DNA of 64,000 bases from an uncultured Leptospirales bacterium (lineage in GTDB: Bacteria; Spirochaetota; UBA4802; UBA5550): the NCBI GenBank assembly GCA_964439325.1, contig CAYTNW010000001.1, positions 303,621 to 367,620 on the forward strand. The letters run 5' to 3'. The notes beneath the pieces are model-generated. The model searched no databases and had not been told where the DNA came from. It saw nothing but the letters and a program-made list of their open reading frames with translations. Numbering within the stretch: position 1 is the stretch's first letter; each line of letters opens with the position of its first letter. This document shows positions 36,517-47,841 of this stretch, one piece after another. The position numbers and the translations under genes were made by a program.

Positions 36517-39500
36517 GTGCCGAAAAGAGAAGATATTAAAAAGATACTTATCATAGGCTCAGGCCCTATCGTTATAGGACAGGCGTGTGAGTTTGATTAT
36601 TCAGGTTCCCAGGCGTGTAAATCGCTGAAGGAGGAGGGATACGAGGTTGTTCTTGTAAATTCAAATCCGGCGACTATCATGACCGACCCTGAACTGGCGG
36701 ATAAAACCTATATTGAACCTATTGATCCTGTAGTTGTGGCAAAGATTATAGAAACAGAAAGGCCAGACGCAATCCTTCCCACAGTCGGCGGACAGACGGC
36801 ACTGAATATTACGATGAAGCTTGCGGAGATGGGGGTCTTAAACAAATTTAATGTTGAACTGATCGGCGCGAATATAGAATCTATAAAGAAGGCAGAAGAC
36901 AGGGACCTCTTTAAGAAGGCAATGCTGAAAATCGGTCTTGATGTTCCCGAATCGGGGCTTGTATCGAATGTCGAAGAGGCACTGGAAGTTCTCAACAGGA
37001 TAAAGCTTCCGATAATAATAAGACCAGCTTTCACACTTGGTGGAACCGGGGGCAACATAGTTTACAATAAGGAGGAGTTTGTCGGGCTTGTAAAAAAAGG
37101 TCTTGATGAATCTCCGATTAACCAGGTTCTGCTCGAGGAATCCGTAATAGGATGGAAAGAGTTCGAGCTTGAGGTGATGAGAGACAAGCATGACAATGTT
37201 GTCATAGTCTGCTCGATTGAGAATTTTGATCCGATGGGTGTGCACACTGGGGACTCGATAACTGTTGCTCCGCAGCAGACCCTGACAGACATGGAATATC
37301 AGAATCTCCGCAATATGGGGATTAAGATTATAAGAGAGATCGGTGTTGATACCGGCGGATCGAACATCCAGTTCGCGATAAACCCGTCAAACGGAAGGGT
37401 CATCGTGATTGAGATGAACCCCAGGGTCAGCAGAAGTTCAGCCCTTGCTTCGAAGGCCACCGGATTCCCGATCGCGAAGATCGCAGCGAAACTCGCCGTG
37501 GGCCTGACCCTCGATGAAATATCCAATGACATAACAAGAGAGACACCCGCTTCATTTGAGCCTACTATCGATTATGTAGTAGTCAAAGCCCCGAGATGGG
37601 CTTTTGAAAAATTTGAAGGGGCCGACCAGAGGCTTGGAGTCCAGATGAAGTCTGTCGGCGAGTCTATGGCGATAGGGCGCACATTCAAGGAATCGTTTCA
37701 GAAGGCGCTCAGGTCTCTTGAGATAGACAGGGCCGGTTTCGGTTCCGACGGAAATCTTAAAATGTCGTCATACCTTTATTCGCTGAGTCCCGAAGAGCGC
37801 GATATAGTGTTTGAAAAGGAATTTGTTTCACCAAAGGAAAACCGCGTCTTCTATCTGAAGGAGGCGCTAAAATGCGGAAAGAGCGTCGAGTGGATATGCA
37901 AGCTCTCCGGTATCGATCCCTGGTTTATTAACCAGCTTAAAGAGATTGTAGATGAAGAGAATATATACGAGGATGAATGCAGAAGCTCCGGCGTAAATCC
38001 CGAGACGATAAGAAAGATGAAGGGGCTCGGTTTTTCAGACAGACAGCTCGGTTTTATAGCCAACAGATCCGTTATTGAGGATCTCTACAGCAAGGGGCCG
38101 CTGTTTCAGAAAAAGTATTCTATGACGCTGAGACGTGCAGAAACAGAGATAAGGCATTTAAGAAAGGAACATAACATCTTCCCCGGATTCCGTGTGGTCG
38201 ACACCTGCGGCGGGGAGTTTGAAGCGTATACCCCGTACTACTATTCATCATATGACGGAGATAACGAGTCAATCAGGACAAGCCGTAAAAAGATAATGAT
38301 ACTGGGCGGCGGACCCAACAGGATCGGGCAGGGGATCGAGTTTGATTACTGCTGCTGCCACGCGTCGTTTGCGCTGAAAGACGAAGGTATCGAATCGATA
38401 ATGGTAAACTCCAACCCTGAAACCGTATCAACCGATTATGATACTTCGGACAGGCTCTATTTTGAACCTCTGACGCTTGAGGATATCCTTCACATATACG
38501 ACATGGAAAAACCTGACGGCGTTATCGTGCAGTTCGGCGGACAGACGCCTCTCCGTCTTGCCAAGGCGCTTGAGGAGAACGGCGTAAAGATCATCGGCAC
38601 ATCCCCGGACTCTATAGACAGGGCCGAAGACAGGGAGCGTTTCTCCAATGTTGTAAACAAACTGAAACTTAGACAGCCGGAGAACGGCATAGCGTTTAAC
38701 GAAAAGGACGCGGTAAAGATCGCCATGCATATCGGATATCCCGTGCTTGTAAGGCCGTCATATGTTCTCGGCGGAAGGGCGATGGCGATAATATTCGATG
38801 AGGCGAGCCTGCATAATTACATAAATACAGCGGTTGAGCTTTCACCCGAACATCCGATACTCGTTGACCGTTTTCTCGAGGATGCCGTCGAGGTCGATGT
38901 TGACGCAATCTGCGACGGAAAGGATGTGTATATAGGCGCAATCATGGAACACGTCGAGGAGGCAGGTATACATTCCGGAGACTCGGCCTGTATAATACCG
39001 CCGATAACTATATCTGAGGATCTGCAGAACCAGATAATCGAAGCGACAAAAAAACTCGCTCTTGAACTTGATGTAATAGGCCTGCTGAATATACAGTATG
39101 CGATCAAGGACAACGAGCTCTATATAATAGAGGTCAATCCCCGCGCGTCGAGGACCGTGCCGTTTGTTTCGAAGACCACCGGTATCTCTCTGGCGAAAAT
39201 GGCCGTAAAGGTCATGCTCGGTAAAAAGCTGAAGGACCTCGGCCTCAACGAGATGAAGAAGTTCCCGTTCGTAAGCGTAAAGGAGGCGGTGCTCCCGTTC
39301 AATAAATTCCCCGGTGTAGACATACTCCTGTCGCCGGAGATGAAATCGACCGGAGAGGTAATGGGCATCTCCTATAATTTCGGGGAATCGTACTTCAAAG
39401 CCGAACTTGCAGCGGGTGACAGGCTGCCGGTGAAGGGGACTGTCTTCCTGAGCATCAACGACATCCACAAGGCACAGCTCCTTGAAGAGGTGCGTGCGCT

Positions 39501-39840
39501 GCATAACCAGGGATTTAAGCTCCTGGCAACACGCGGAACAGCGAAGTTCTACAATGACCATGATATTCCGTGCGAGATGGTCTACAAGGTCAACGAGGGG
39601 AGACCGAATGTCGTTGACAGGATCAAAGACCTTGATATAGATTTTATAATAAACACCCCTCTCGGTAAAGTAACAAGGGATGATGCCTATTCGATACGTC
39701 AGGCTGCAACAAGATACCATGTGCCAACCGTGACTACAATGTCAGCGGCAAAGGCGGCTATCAACGGGCTTCTTTATGTCAGAAAGAATCATGAACTCTC
39801 GGTTAAGCCTATACAGGAATACTATAAAGAGGTGAAATAG
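36517..39840 (+). CDS. carB: Carbamoyl-phosphate synthase large subunit
   Basis: 1107 aa with two ATP-grasp halves. [24 protein letters not shown] and [24 protein letters not shown]-terminal MGS-like domain. GTG start. Confidence 0.97.
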   Translation: MPKREDIKKILIIGSGPIVIGQACEFDYSGSQACKSLKEEGYEVVLVNSNPATIMTDPELADKTYIEPIDPVVVAKIIETERPDAILPTVGGQTALNITMKLAEMGVLNKFNVELIGANIESIKKAEDRDLFKKAMLKIGLDVPESGLVSNVEEALEVLNRIKLPIIIRPAFTLGGTGGNIVYNKEEFVGLVKKGLDESPINQVLLEESVIGWKEFELEVMRDKHDNVVIVCSIENFDPMGVHTGDSITVAPQQTLTDMEYQNLRNMGIKIIREIGVDTGGSNIQFAINPSNGRVIVIEMNPRVSRSSALASKATGFPIAKIAAKLAVGLTLDEISNDITRETPASFEPTIDYVVVKAPRWAFEKFEGADQRLGVQMKSVGESMAIGRTFKESFQKALRSLEIDRAGFGSDGNLKMSSYLYSLSPEERDIVFEKEFVSPKENRVFYLKEALKCGKSVEWICKLSGIDPWFINQLKEIVDEENIYEDECRSSGVNPETIRKMKGLGFSDRQLGFIANRSVIEDLYSKGPLFQKKYSMTLRRAETEIRHLRKEHNIFPGFRVVDTCGGEFEAYTPYYYSSYDGDNESIRTSRKKIMILGGGPNRIGQGIEFDYCCCHASFALKDEGIESIMVNSNPETVSTDYDTSDRLYFEPLTLEDILHIYDMEKPDGVIVQFGGQTPLRLAKALEENGVKIIGTSPDSIDRAEDRERFSNVVNKLKLRQPENGIAFNEKDAVKIAMHIGYPVLVRPSYVLGGRAMAIIFDEASLHNYINTAVELSPEHPILVDRFLEDAVEVDVDAICDGKDVYIGAIMEHVEEAGIHSGDSACIIPPITISEDLQNQIIEATKKLALELDVIGLLNIQYAIKDNELYIIEVNPRASRTVPFVSKTTGISLAKMAVKVMLGKKLKDLGLNEMKKFPFVSVKEAVLPFNKFPGVDILLSPEMKSTGEVMGISYNFGESYFKAELAAGDRLPVKGTVFLSINDIHKAQLLEEVRALHNQGFKLLATRGTAKFYNDHDIPCEMVYKVNEGRPNVVDRIKDLDIDFIINTPLGKVTRDDAYSIRQAATRYHVPTVTTMSAAKAAINGLLYVRKNHELSVKPIQEYYKEVK

Positions 39841-40383
39841 ATGTCTGCTGAAAAGAAAATTCTCGATAAGACCGCGATTAATAAAATAATAAGCGAAACA
39901 TCGGCTGCGATCTACAGGGATATTGATGATCCCGACAATTTTGCGATTATCGGTATTCACACCCGCGGAGTTGAGCTTGCCGACAGAATCAGGAAAGAGA
40001 TTGAGAAACTTTCCGGCAGAGAGATAAAACACGGGACGCTTGACATATCCTTTTACCGCGACGACCTTACGACACGGGGCAAGCTCCCTGTCCTGAAAGA
40101 GACTATGATTGAATTCAATATCAATAAGAAAAATATACTGCTGGTTGACGACGTGCTTTATTCCGGAAGAACGACGAAGGCCGCCCTTGAAACACTCACG
40201 ACGTTCGGAAGGCCCTTTACTATAAAGCTGTTTGTTCTTGTAGACCGCGGCGGCAGAGAACTTCCGATTCAGCCGGATTACTGCGGTTTCAAAATCAATA
40301 CCGTTCATGACGACCAGGTGAAGGTACGGCTTGCCGATACGGATAAGGTCGAGGATTCGGTTTTTCTCGTCAGCGGCAATTAA
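39841..40383 (+). CDS. pyrR: PyrR bifunctional pyrimidine regulatory protein/uracil phosphoribosyltransferase
   Basis: PRPP-binding loop ILLVDDVLYSGRT. 180 aa, a typical PyrR length. The ATG immediately follows the carB stop. Confidence 0.85.
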   Translation: MSAEKKILDKTAINKIISETSAAIYRDIDDPDNFAIIGIHTRGVELADRIRKEIEKLSGREIKHGTLDISFYRDDLTTRGKLPVLKETMIEFNINKKNILLVDDVLYSGRTTKAALETLTTFGRPFTIKLFVLVDRGGRELPIQPDYCGFKINTVHDDQVKVRLADTDKVEDSVFLVSGN

Positions 40384-40405
40384 AAAAGAATAAATGGAAT
40401 AATAT

Positions 40406-41323
40406 ATGAAAGATCTTGTGATAATTGGTGGAGGGCCCGCCGGCCTTACCGCGGCGATCTACGGTATCAGGGCCGGACTCGATCTGGTATTGATCGAGAA
40501 GTTTTCACCGGGCGGCCAGGTAGTGAACTCCTACGAAATTGAGAACTATCCCGGTTTCCCCGAACCTGTCGAGGGGTGGAAACTGATGGCCGACATGGAG
40601 GAGCAGACCAGGCGGCTGGGCGCGGAGATAATTTCAGCAGAGGTTCTCTCTGTTAAAAAGGACGCCGATCTGTTTACGGTTACGCTTTCAGACGGAACGG
40701 TGCAGGCAAGGAGCGTGATCATAGCGGCGGGAGCATCAAACAGGAAACTGGATGTCCCTGGTGAAAAAGAGTTCCTCGGACGCGGAGTTTCGTACTGCGC
40801 CACATGCGACGGGGCTTTCTATAAAGACAGGATCACAGTTGTTGCCGGAGGGGGGGATGTCGCGCTCGAAGAGGCGTTTTTTCTCACGAGATTCGCGAGT
40901 AAGGTCTATCTTGTCCACAGAAGGGATCAGTTCCGCGGGGCCGATATTCTTCAGAAGAGGGTTCTCGGCAGCGAAAAAATCGTTCCGGTGCTCTATACAA
41001 ATATAGAATCTATTAACGGTGAAGCCGGAGTGAAATCCGTATCGCTAAAAAATGCGGTCACAGGTGAAAAGAGTACGCTACAGACCGACGGAGTATTCAT
41101 TTTTATAGGATATGATCCAAACACGTCGTTTGTTGATCCTGAACTGCTTAACGATCAGAATGAGATTATTGTTGATATGAATATGAAGACGCCGGTAGAT
41201 GGATTGTTCGCGGCTGGTGATATCAGAAGCGGCTCAAAGAGGCAGATCGTTATGGCTGCTGCCGACGGAGCCACTGCCGCGCTGAGCGCCTATGAATATC
41301 TGAACAGCGCTTATTGCGCGTAG
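40406..41323 (+). CDS. trxB: Thioredoxin-disulfide reductase
   Basis: FAD motif VIIGGGPAGLTAAIY; redox centre CATCDG; NADPH motif VAGGGDVALEEA; GDIRSG. Confidence 0.93.
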   Translation: MKDLVIIGGGPAGLTAAIYGIRAGLDLVLIEKFSPGGQVVNSYEIENYPGFPEPVEGWKLMADMEEQTRRLGAEIISAEVLSVKKDADLFTVTLSDGTVQARSVIIAAGASNRKLDVPGEKEFLGRGVSYCATCDGAFYKDRITVVAGGGDVALEEAFFLTRFASKVYLVHRRDQFRGADILQKRVLGSEKIVPVLYTNIESINGEAGVKSVSLKNAVTGEKSTLQTDGVFIFIGYDPNTSFVDPELLNDQNEIIVDMNMKTPVDGLFAAGDIRSGSKRQIVMAAADGATAALSAYEYLNSAYCA

Positions 41324-41339
41324 TAAAAGGGGGAGTGAA

Positions 41340-41771
41340 GTGAAAAGAGCGGCAGGTCTTATACTGGTTTTGATAATTGCTTCCGCTGCTGCATGTAATA
41401 GCGGGAAAAAATACAAAGAGATTAAAGAATTTATAAATGAAGTTGTGACGACGCAGGATACGTTTCTGTCGAAAATCGACAAATCGATAAAAACAGAAGA
41501 GATAGTCTCGGCGGTCGATACGTTCGGGACTGAACTCGTACGGCTTTCTGAGAAAAGCATGGAGCTGAAAAGCAGGTATCCGGAAATTGAGAAATGGGTC
41601 GGAGAACCGCCTGACGAATTAAAGCAGGACTTTGACAGGTTAAACGATACTGAAATTAAATTTCGTAAAGTTTTCTACGGGGAAAAGATCAAGATTCTCA
41701 TAAGGGATAAAAAGGTTCAGGATGCATTTAGGGAGCTTAACAGAAAGCTGGAGAATGTAAAATTCTTCTAA
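41340..41771 (+). CDS. Hypothetical helical lipoprotein (143 aa)
   Basis: Lipobox ASAAAC. The remainder is K/E-rich and helical. No motif recognised. Confidence 0.5.
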   Translation: MKRAAGLILVLIIASAAACNSGKKYKEIKEFINEVVTTQDTFLSKIDKSIKTEEIVSAVDTFGTELVRLSEKSMELKSRYPEIEKWVGEPPDELKQDFDRLNDTEIKFRKVFYGEKIKILIRDKKVQDAFRELNRKLENVKFF

Positions 41772-41810
41772 TGACAGATTAAGAATCTCCTGAAAAAGTC
41801 CGTGGTTCTA

Positions 41811-42614
41811 TTAAAAGCTTTTTCTGTAGAATTTTTCAAATCCGTTTTTTACAAGGGCGCTTATTCTTTTCAGACGGCTGTCATCTATAGTCATCTTTTC
41901 GAGATCAAAATAGTCTTCGTTTAAAAAGAATGATCTCGAAATGGAGAGGTTCAGCACTGGTATTCCTGCGATGCTGTAATTCTTCATTATGAAACCCCTG
42001 TTGTCATAATCCTGCACCTTGAAAATATCAGTTACAGTATCACCCTCTCTCGACAGGTTTTTTGCCATAGACGACGCAAGCTCAAGGGCTATCTCCGGCG
42101 CAGCGGTCTGTTTAATCTCCGAGCCTGTATCCACGGTATATCCTGTAATAACTAGCGGTCTCGGCATTCCGCGGTCAGGCGAATTGGCAGGGCCCACCGG
42201 CATGTGCGTATGACATTCTATTATCGCCTTGAATTTCATGTCCCTGATTGAGTTTCTTATCGTCTCGTGAAACGGGAAGTAGTACCTGTTCAGGATATTT
42301 GATATGGCGATTTCATCGGGATAGCAGTCCTTTATAAAAACATCCCTGTTCATCGAAGTTCTCGATTTTATAACGCCGTCCCCGGTGACGGGCGCAAGAT
42401 GTTTATACTCCCTGTCCATATCAACGAAAATTCTTGATATCGGGGTAGATACTGTTTTAAAAACTGAATCGTCAAGTGAGAAGATCCTGTTGGCTCCTGC
42501 ATCTGATTCAAAAAAAATATTCAGGGGGCTAATATTCTCGTAGCCGTACAGCTCCTCGGGTATGTCGAGGCCGCCGTGCGGGATGATTATCAGAAATGGT
42601 AGTTTCTCCGCCAT
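41811..42614 (-). CDS. N-formylglutamate amidohydrolase-family (FGase-like) hydrolase
   Basis: LIIIPHGGLDIP at the N-terminus, DMDRE, and ECHTHMP fit the metal-ligand pattern of the family as I recall it. Not verified. Confidence 0.45.
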   Translation of the reverse strand: MAEKLPFLIIIPHGGLDIPEELYGYENISPLNIFFESDAGANRIFSLDDSVFKTVSTPISRIFVDMDREYKHLAPVTGDGVIKSRTSMNRDVFIKDCYPDEIAISNILNRYYFPFHETIRNSIRDMKFKAIIECHTHMPVGPANSPDRGMPRPLVITGYTVDTGSEIKQTAAPEIALELASSMAKNLSREGDTVTDIFKVQDYDNRGFIMKNYSIAGIPVLNLSISRSFFLNEDYFDLEKMTIDDSRLKRISALVKNGFEKFYRKSF

Positions 42615-42714
42615 ATACTCTCTTGCTGGTAGTATCAGATAAACGATGTCCCTAAGCGGACAGGCAGTATCTGTAGTTGTAAAAATGCACGCCGCCGGCT
42701 GATACCGGGATCTG

Positions 42715-43122
42715 TTATAGAATTATTATCCGTGATTCAAAACAGTCCGCCGGCAGATCTTCCGTTTTATGTTCCGCTCCTGTTCCCCTGTTGATGCTGA
42801 TGATCGAGTATTTTTCAGAACCGAGACCGTCCCTTATGAATTTAAGCGAACCGGTAAAGTCGAAATCACCGCAGCTGAAAAGGTCGACAGATGCGAATCT
42901 GAATTCCGGCCAGGTATGGATAGCCAGGTGTGATTCCGCTATTACAATTATTCCGCTGATTCCGTGCGGGGAGAATTTATGAAAAAAGGGTTTGATTATC
43001 GTCGCGTTTGAGATCTCCAGAGAGCGCGTCATGATGCCGGCGATCCTGTCTTGATCGTTTAGAGTTTCGGTGCTGCACCCGTAGAATTCCGCGAGAAAAT
43101 GTCTCCCTAAATAACTCATCAA
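42715..43122 (-). CDS. speH: S-adenosylmethionine decarboxylase proenzyme (class 1, pyruvoyl)
   Basis: GRHFLAEFYGC and the self-cleavage/active-site block IVIAESHLAIHTWPE. Confidence 0.9.
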   Translation of the reverse strand: MMSYLGRHFLAEFYGCSTETLNDQDRIAGIMTRSLEISNATIIKPFFHKFSPHGISGIIVIAESHLAIHTWPEFRFASVDLFSCGDFDFTGSLKFIRDGLGSEKYSIISINRGTGAEHKTEDLPADCFESRIIIL

Positions 43123-43484
43123 TAATCCCTGTTTTGAATGTAATAAACCCGATTATAATTTAATCCGGCTGTTCTAACACTTTATGAATGGATTAGTACC
43201 ATGTCATTGCGAATAAAATGAAGCAATCTGTTTTTAGAAATATTGGTTCCATATGATAATAACGGTATTTAACAATACGGACTGCCGCGGCATTACATGC
43301 CTCGCAGTGAGTTTTTTCTTTAATTCAATCGAATAATACTTAAAGTATTTAAAGCTGAAACTTTTAAAGTCAATAATAATTTTCCGGGAAACCGGTTCAG
43401 TTTACGGAACTCTGCAGACTTTTTTAAAAATTACTTTATATTTCTGAGGGGGTTAATAAAAATAGATCTGTAAACAGATGGTTT

Positions 43485-44045
43485 TTGCTGAGGGGTAATA
43501 TCTTGAAAAAACTTGCAAATGAAGTGATAAAGGGTAAGCGGCCGGGAGTTGAAGAACTGGGAAAAACCGAACGCTTCCCGGTAACCGTGATCGCGGAGAA
43601 TGTAAGGAGCCTGTATAATGTCGGATCGATGTTCAGGACATCAGACGGTGCGCTGATAGAAAAGCTCTGGCTCTGCGGTTATACCGGATTTCCCCCGAGG
43701 AAAGAGATAGACAAAACCGCCCTCGGCAGCGTTGAGACCGTTCCGTGGGAACACAACACCGATACCGTGTCCGTCATAAATAAACTTAAGTCGGAAGGAT
43801 ATACAATTGTTTCGCTTGAGCATACCGATTCCAGCGTTAATTATCTTGAAGCTGAATATAAATTTCCTCTCTGCATTATGCTGGGTAACGAGGTTGAAGG
43901 CCTGTCGGAGGAGGCTGTCTCTCTCTCCGACGCAGCCGTGGAAATTCCGATGTACGGGATAAAGCAGTCCTTAAACGTTTCAGTCGCCTACGGTATTATT
44001 GTCTATCATCTGATTGAAGAGTTCAGAAAAAGAAACAGCAGATAA
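43485..44045 (+). CDS. SpoU/TrmH-family RNA 2'-O-methyltransferase
   Basis: Motif 1 NVGSMFRTSDG; motif 2 MLGNEVEGLS; motif 3 IPMYGIKQSLNVSVAYGIIVY. The start codon is uncertain (TTG). Confidence 0.85.
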   Translation: MLRGNILKKLANEVIKGKRPGVEELGKTERFPVTVIAENVRSLYNVGSMFRTSDGALIEKLWLCGYTGFPPRKEIDKTALGSVETVPWEHNTDTVSVINKLKSEGYTIVSLEHTDSSVNYLEAEYKFPLCIMLGNEVEGLSEEAVSLSDAAVEIPMYGIKQSLNVSVAYGIIVYHLIEEFRKRNSR

Positions 44046-44117
44046 AAAATGCTAATGAAGATGACATAATCTGCCGAAATATAGAGAGCGGAACTACTCC
44101 GCCCGGAGATCGGCCCA

Positions 44118-45302
44118 ATGAAAAAAATATTTTTTATTATAACCGCAATTCTCGCGTTTTCGTTCAATGCCTACGCTTATAAACTTTCATGGAACCTCGA
44201 AAAAGATGAAAGAATCGAAATGGTAAAAACCGCCGGTGTTAAATACTATGTAAACGCGAAACTGAGCAGGATATATGATGAACGCGACGTGATCGACATT
44301 ACATGCAGCGAAAAATCAGACAGACTGAACAGGGTGCATGGGGTCTTTTCTGTGCATGAGAAGGAGTACGGCGGGAAGGTCTTTAAGCTTCTCAATCAGT
44401 TTATGGTGGACTTTCTGATAGAGCCGTCTGGAAAATTCATAGTCAGGAAAGAGGACTATATGCCGAACCTCCGCCACATTCCCTCTTTCCCCGATAAGGA
44501 TGTGAAGGAGAATGATGAGTGGACCTCCGACGGAGAGATTGTATTTGATAATTTTTCAAAACCTTTCAAGATAACATTTCCTGTTAAATATACGTTTATA
44601 AAAGTTATAAAAGACAACGAGAAGGACATAGCGGTAATAAACTACTACTACTCGATTAATGTGGATCTCACCGCCCCCGGCTATCCCGCAGATTTTCCGA
44701 TAAAAATCGCCGGTGAGAACAAGGGGGTACTGAACTGGGACATCACAAAAAACAAGCCGAAAGATATGAAGGATGCATACCAGATAGCTTTCATTTTCAC
44801 AGACGGAGCGGGAGCCCTGTCGTCGGCTGAATTTCACATGAACATAAATACCGAGAACAGCCTGTATCAGAATTTTACACCGAAAGAGAAAGCAGCGGCG
44901 AAGGAGGAGCTTCAGAAGGAACTGCCTCCGGGAGTTGATGCTGACATAGATAAACGCGGGCTCGTAGTAAGAATGAACGACCTCCTTTTCGATTTTGATT
45001 CATATAACCTGAGAAATGATACAAAGGATAAACTCGACCAGATTGCGGAGGCGATAAGAAAAAAATATCCCGACCGTGAGATAATCGTCGAGGGGCATAC
45101 GGACAGCAAGGGTGAGAAATCGTACAACCAGTCGCTGTCCGAAAAACGGGCGATGAAGGTGTCCGAGTATCTGAAATCGAAGAGCGGACATGACAAGTTC
45201 TCGTATAAGGGCTACGGGCAGGAGAAACCCATGGCGGACAACGCAACAGCCGAGGGGAGACAGAAAAACCGCCGGGTCGAGATAATTATAAAGCTGAATT
45301 AA
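44118..45302 (+). CDS. OmpA-family protein (unknown N-terminal domain plus C-terminal OmpA peptidoglycan-binding domain)
   Basis: Signal peptide. FDFDSYNL, EGHTDSKGEKSYNQSLSEKRA, GYGQEKP, NRRVEIII. Confidence 0.85.
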   Translation: MKKIFFIITAILAFSFNAYAYKLSWNLEKDERIEMVKTAGVKYYVNAKLSRIYDERDVIDITCSEKSDRLNRVHGVFSVHEKEYGGKVFKLLNQFMVDFLIEPSGKFIVRKEDYMPNLRHIPSFPDKDVKENDEWTSDGEIVFDNFSKPFKITFPVKYTFIKVIKDNEKDIAVINYYYSINVDLTAPGYPADFPIKIAGENKGVLNWDITKNKPKDMKDAYQIAFIFTDGAGALSSAEFHMNINTENSLYQNFTPKEKAAAKEELQKELPPGVDADIDKRGLVVRMNDLLFDFDSYNLRNDTKDKLDQIAEAIRKKYPDREIIVEGHTDSKGEKSYNQSLSEKRAMKVSEYLKSKSGHDKFSYKGYGQEKPMADNATAEGRQKNRRVEIIIKLN

Positions 45303-45332
45303 ATTACTGTGAATAAAAGTCTGGTCATTGTT

Positions 45333-45372
45333 AATGCCATCTGCTGCGGAAGCGGATGGCATTTTTGTTTTG
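45333..45372 (+). terminator. Rho-independent terminator after the OmpA-family gene
   Basis: aatgccatctgc / gcggatggcatt is a 12-bp stem with one G-U pair, followed by tttttgtttt. Confidence 0.85.
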
Positions 45373-45465
45373 TCATGATCTATAAATAAGTGCGGTTGAA
45401 AATTGCTTGACGCTAATATTGTGTTGATGTAGCAGTTGTATATTCAATTAGCGAAGGTGATTATT

Positions 45466-46743
45466 ATGATATACAGATTCAGATCTATTATCCTCCTTCT
45501 ATTGCCTTTTATACTTTTTTCATGCTTAAACAATGATAAATCCGATAAAACAGTGAACTCTACTGAACCTGAAAATCCCTATCTTGTGAAGGGTTTCGGT
45601 GTCAATGGGCTGACTGGTTATTCAAACAACTTGTACAGCGAATTTAAATTTAGCGATATGGTTCTGGATAGCAGCGGGAACATTTATGCGGTTGGGAACT
45701 CCAATGGGTTGAAAATGTATCTTAATAAGTATCTACCCGATGGAAAACCGGATTCAACCTTTGGTGATAACGGAATTGTAGTAATCGACGGTTGTGGTAA
45801 TGCTAGTACTCTTGATAAAGATGGTAATATTATTATCGCCGGTTATTCATGTAATCCTGAAATACAGATGACAATATGGAAGTTTTTTCCAAATGGTAAA
45901 CCCGATACTTCCTTCGGGGTATCGGGGACTGCGGTACATGAAGAGGAGGGTATAAACTCAGATGGCTTAGATATTGCAGCTGATTTGAGCGGGGATCTGT
46001 ACATTGCAGGCTATCGGCAGCCGGGCAGTAATTCCACTATGACTATATGGAAATACTCATTATCCGGGATTATTGATACAACTTTCGGGAATAATGGTAT
46101 TGTAAACTATGGAGATCCATCGAAATACTCCTGTTTGGGGAAGAGAATCAAATTCGATAGTGCAGGTAATTTAGTAATTACCGGTGGTAATGACGGGTAT
46201 GTAGCTGTATGGAAATACTCACCTTCCGGTATCCCGGATTTGACTTTTAACAATTCCGGTGTTGTGTCCTTTTATACAAGAGGCTGTGGAATAGATTTAA
46301 CTCTTGATAATCTGGATAATATATTAATTACCGGGACAGATTATGATGGTTCTAATGGATATAAAATGATTATACTGAAATATGATAAAAATGGAAGCCC
46401 GGATAAATCATTTGGTCCATATAATTGGGGTGTTGCCGATTTTAAAGAAGGTCGGAGTATTGGATATTCAATTATTCTTGATAACAATGGAAGAATAGTG
46501 ATAGGTGGTCAAAATGGCGGAAGTGCCGCTATATGGTGCTATACAGCGAGTGGGCTTCTAGATACTTCTTTAAATGGATCTGGATTTCTTACATATGACA
46601 ATCCGGGAGATGAATATTTTGCATATAGCGGATGTTTTCGTATTTTGTTTGATTCAAAAGGTAATCTATTTCTTGCCGGCTATAATCATGGTCAGTTTGA
46701 CGTTACTGAAAAGATGACGATATGGAAGTATTCACTACCGTAA
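45466..46743 (+). CDS. Lipoprotein with delta-60-type beta-propeller repeats
   Basis: Lipobox LFSC. Six or more repeats of D(S/T)(S/T)FGxxG(I/V)V spaced ~55-60 aa apart (DSTFGDNGIVV, DTSFGVSGTAV, DTTFGNNGIVN, DLTFNNSGVVS, DKSFGPYNWGV, DTSLNGSGFLT). ATG 45466 follows AAGGTG. Confidence 0.75.
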   Translation: MIYRFRSIILLLLPFILFSCLNNDKSDKTVNSTEPENPYLVKGFGVNGLTGYSNNLYSEFKFSDMVLDSSGNIYAVGNSNGLKMYLNKYLPDGKPDSTFGDNGIVVIDGCGNASTLDKDGNIIIAGYSCNPEIQMTIWKFFPNGKPDTSFGVSGTAVHEEEGINSDGLDIAADLSGDLYIAGYRQPGSNSTMTIWKYSLSGIIDTTFGNNGIVNYGDPSKYSCLGKRIKFDSAGNLVITGGNDGYVAVWKYSPSGIPDLTFNNSGVVSFYTRGCGIDLTLDNLDNILITGTDYDGSNGYKMIILKYDKNGSPDKSFGPYNWGVADFKEGRSIGYSIILDNNGRIVIGGQNGGSAAIWCYTASGLLDTSLNGSGFLTYDNPGDEYFAYSGCFRILFDSKGNLFLAGYNHGQFDVTEKMTIWKYSLP

Positions 46744-46829
46744 AATTAATAGATGATCCGACACTTGAATAAAATCTTTGGTCTGTTGCTGAATCGAACT
46801 ATATTTTTTTAAAAAACGGAATTAATTAT

Positions 46830-47831
46830 ATGATAATGAAAAAAATATTAAGGGCTGTTTTATATCTTACTTTTGTTTTTTTATTTTCTTCATGCGGAGG
46901 GCCGTCGAAAATTGACGCTGATTTCAGCCTGTCAAACCTCTACTCTGTAAACAGCCTTTATATTCTCTATGATAAAAATTTCAGCGGTGATATAAGCTAT
47001 ATCGTATCCCGGACCTCTCTTGGAATAACAACGGAAAAAGATTTCAATGCCAGCACAGCGGCAAAAACAGATGTCACCATCACGGCAGATGACCTTTTAT
47101 ATAATGATTATGTCAGGATATCATCGCTTTCGAGCGGTACCGAATACAATGTCTACATCCTTGATAAAACAACATCATCGGTTGAAATGCTTGTCGAGAC
47201 GACACAGAAGAATACCGGGTCTGTTCAGCAGACAGGAACCATAACAAACGGGTATGGAACGGGAACAATAACCTATAACATAAACTATCCGTCGGGGTAT
47301 GACAGGGACGCTTCTGTCCTGTGGCCGTTACTGCTCTCGGTCAAGGGGCCTAATATGACTTCAAGTGATAACAATTTTCCATGCATAACGCTGAACATCG
47401 ATATCAGCTGGAGCAATTATACACAGTACATGAACGAGACAGAAAACCTGCGTCAGCTTGTAAAATCGATAATTGAAAATCCAGCTTACAGGATAGATAA
47501 AAACAGGCTCTACGCTTTCGGTTTCAGCGCCGGGGGAGGAGTTGTGCTTATGATCGCCAACAGCGACGGAAGCGATCAGTATCAGTTCAAGGCGGTAGTC
47601 GCTGTCGGGATCAATGACTGGATAGGTTATACCGGACTCGGGGGTATAAACACATGGCTGTTCTACGGAGAGAACGATTCATATGGCGCGCCGACGGCAA
47701 GTTTCCATCAGAAGATTATAAGCGCCGGCGGGAGCGGGGAGCACCGTTTAACCGCGATGCCCGGTATAGGACATGACAGCAGCCCGGTCTGGTCCAGCCC
47801 GTATACATGGAGCTGGATGCTTGGGAAATGA
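46830..47831 (+). CDS. Lipoprotein with C-terminal alpha/beta-hydrolase (esterase) domain
   Basis: Lipobox FSSC. Nucleophile elbow GFSAGG. Candidate Asp (GENDS) and His (GIGHDS) in the expected order. Confidence 0.65.
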   Translation: MIMKKILRAVLYLTFVFLFSSCGGPSKIDADFSLSNLYSVNSLYILYDKNFSGDISYIVSRTSLGITTEKDFNASTAAKTDVTITADDLLYNDYVRISSLSSGTEYNVYILDKTTSSVEMLVETTQKNTGSVQQTGTITNGYGTGTITYNINYPSGYDRDASVLWPLLLSVKGPNMTSSDNNFPCITLNIDISWSNYTQYMNETENLRQLVKSIIENPAYRIDKNRLYAFGFSAGGGVVLMIANSDGSDQYQFKAVVAVGINDWIGYTGLGGINTWLFYGENDSYGAPTASFHQKIISAGGSGEHRLTAMPGIGHDSSPVWSSPYTWSWMLGK

Positions 47832-47841
47832 AGGATTTGTA

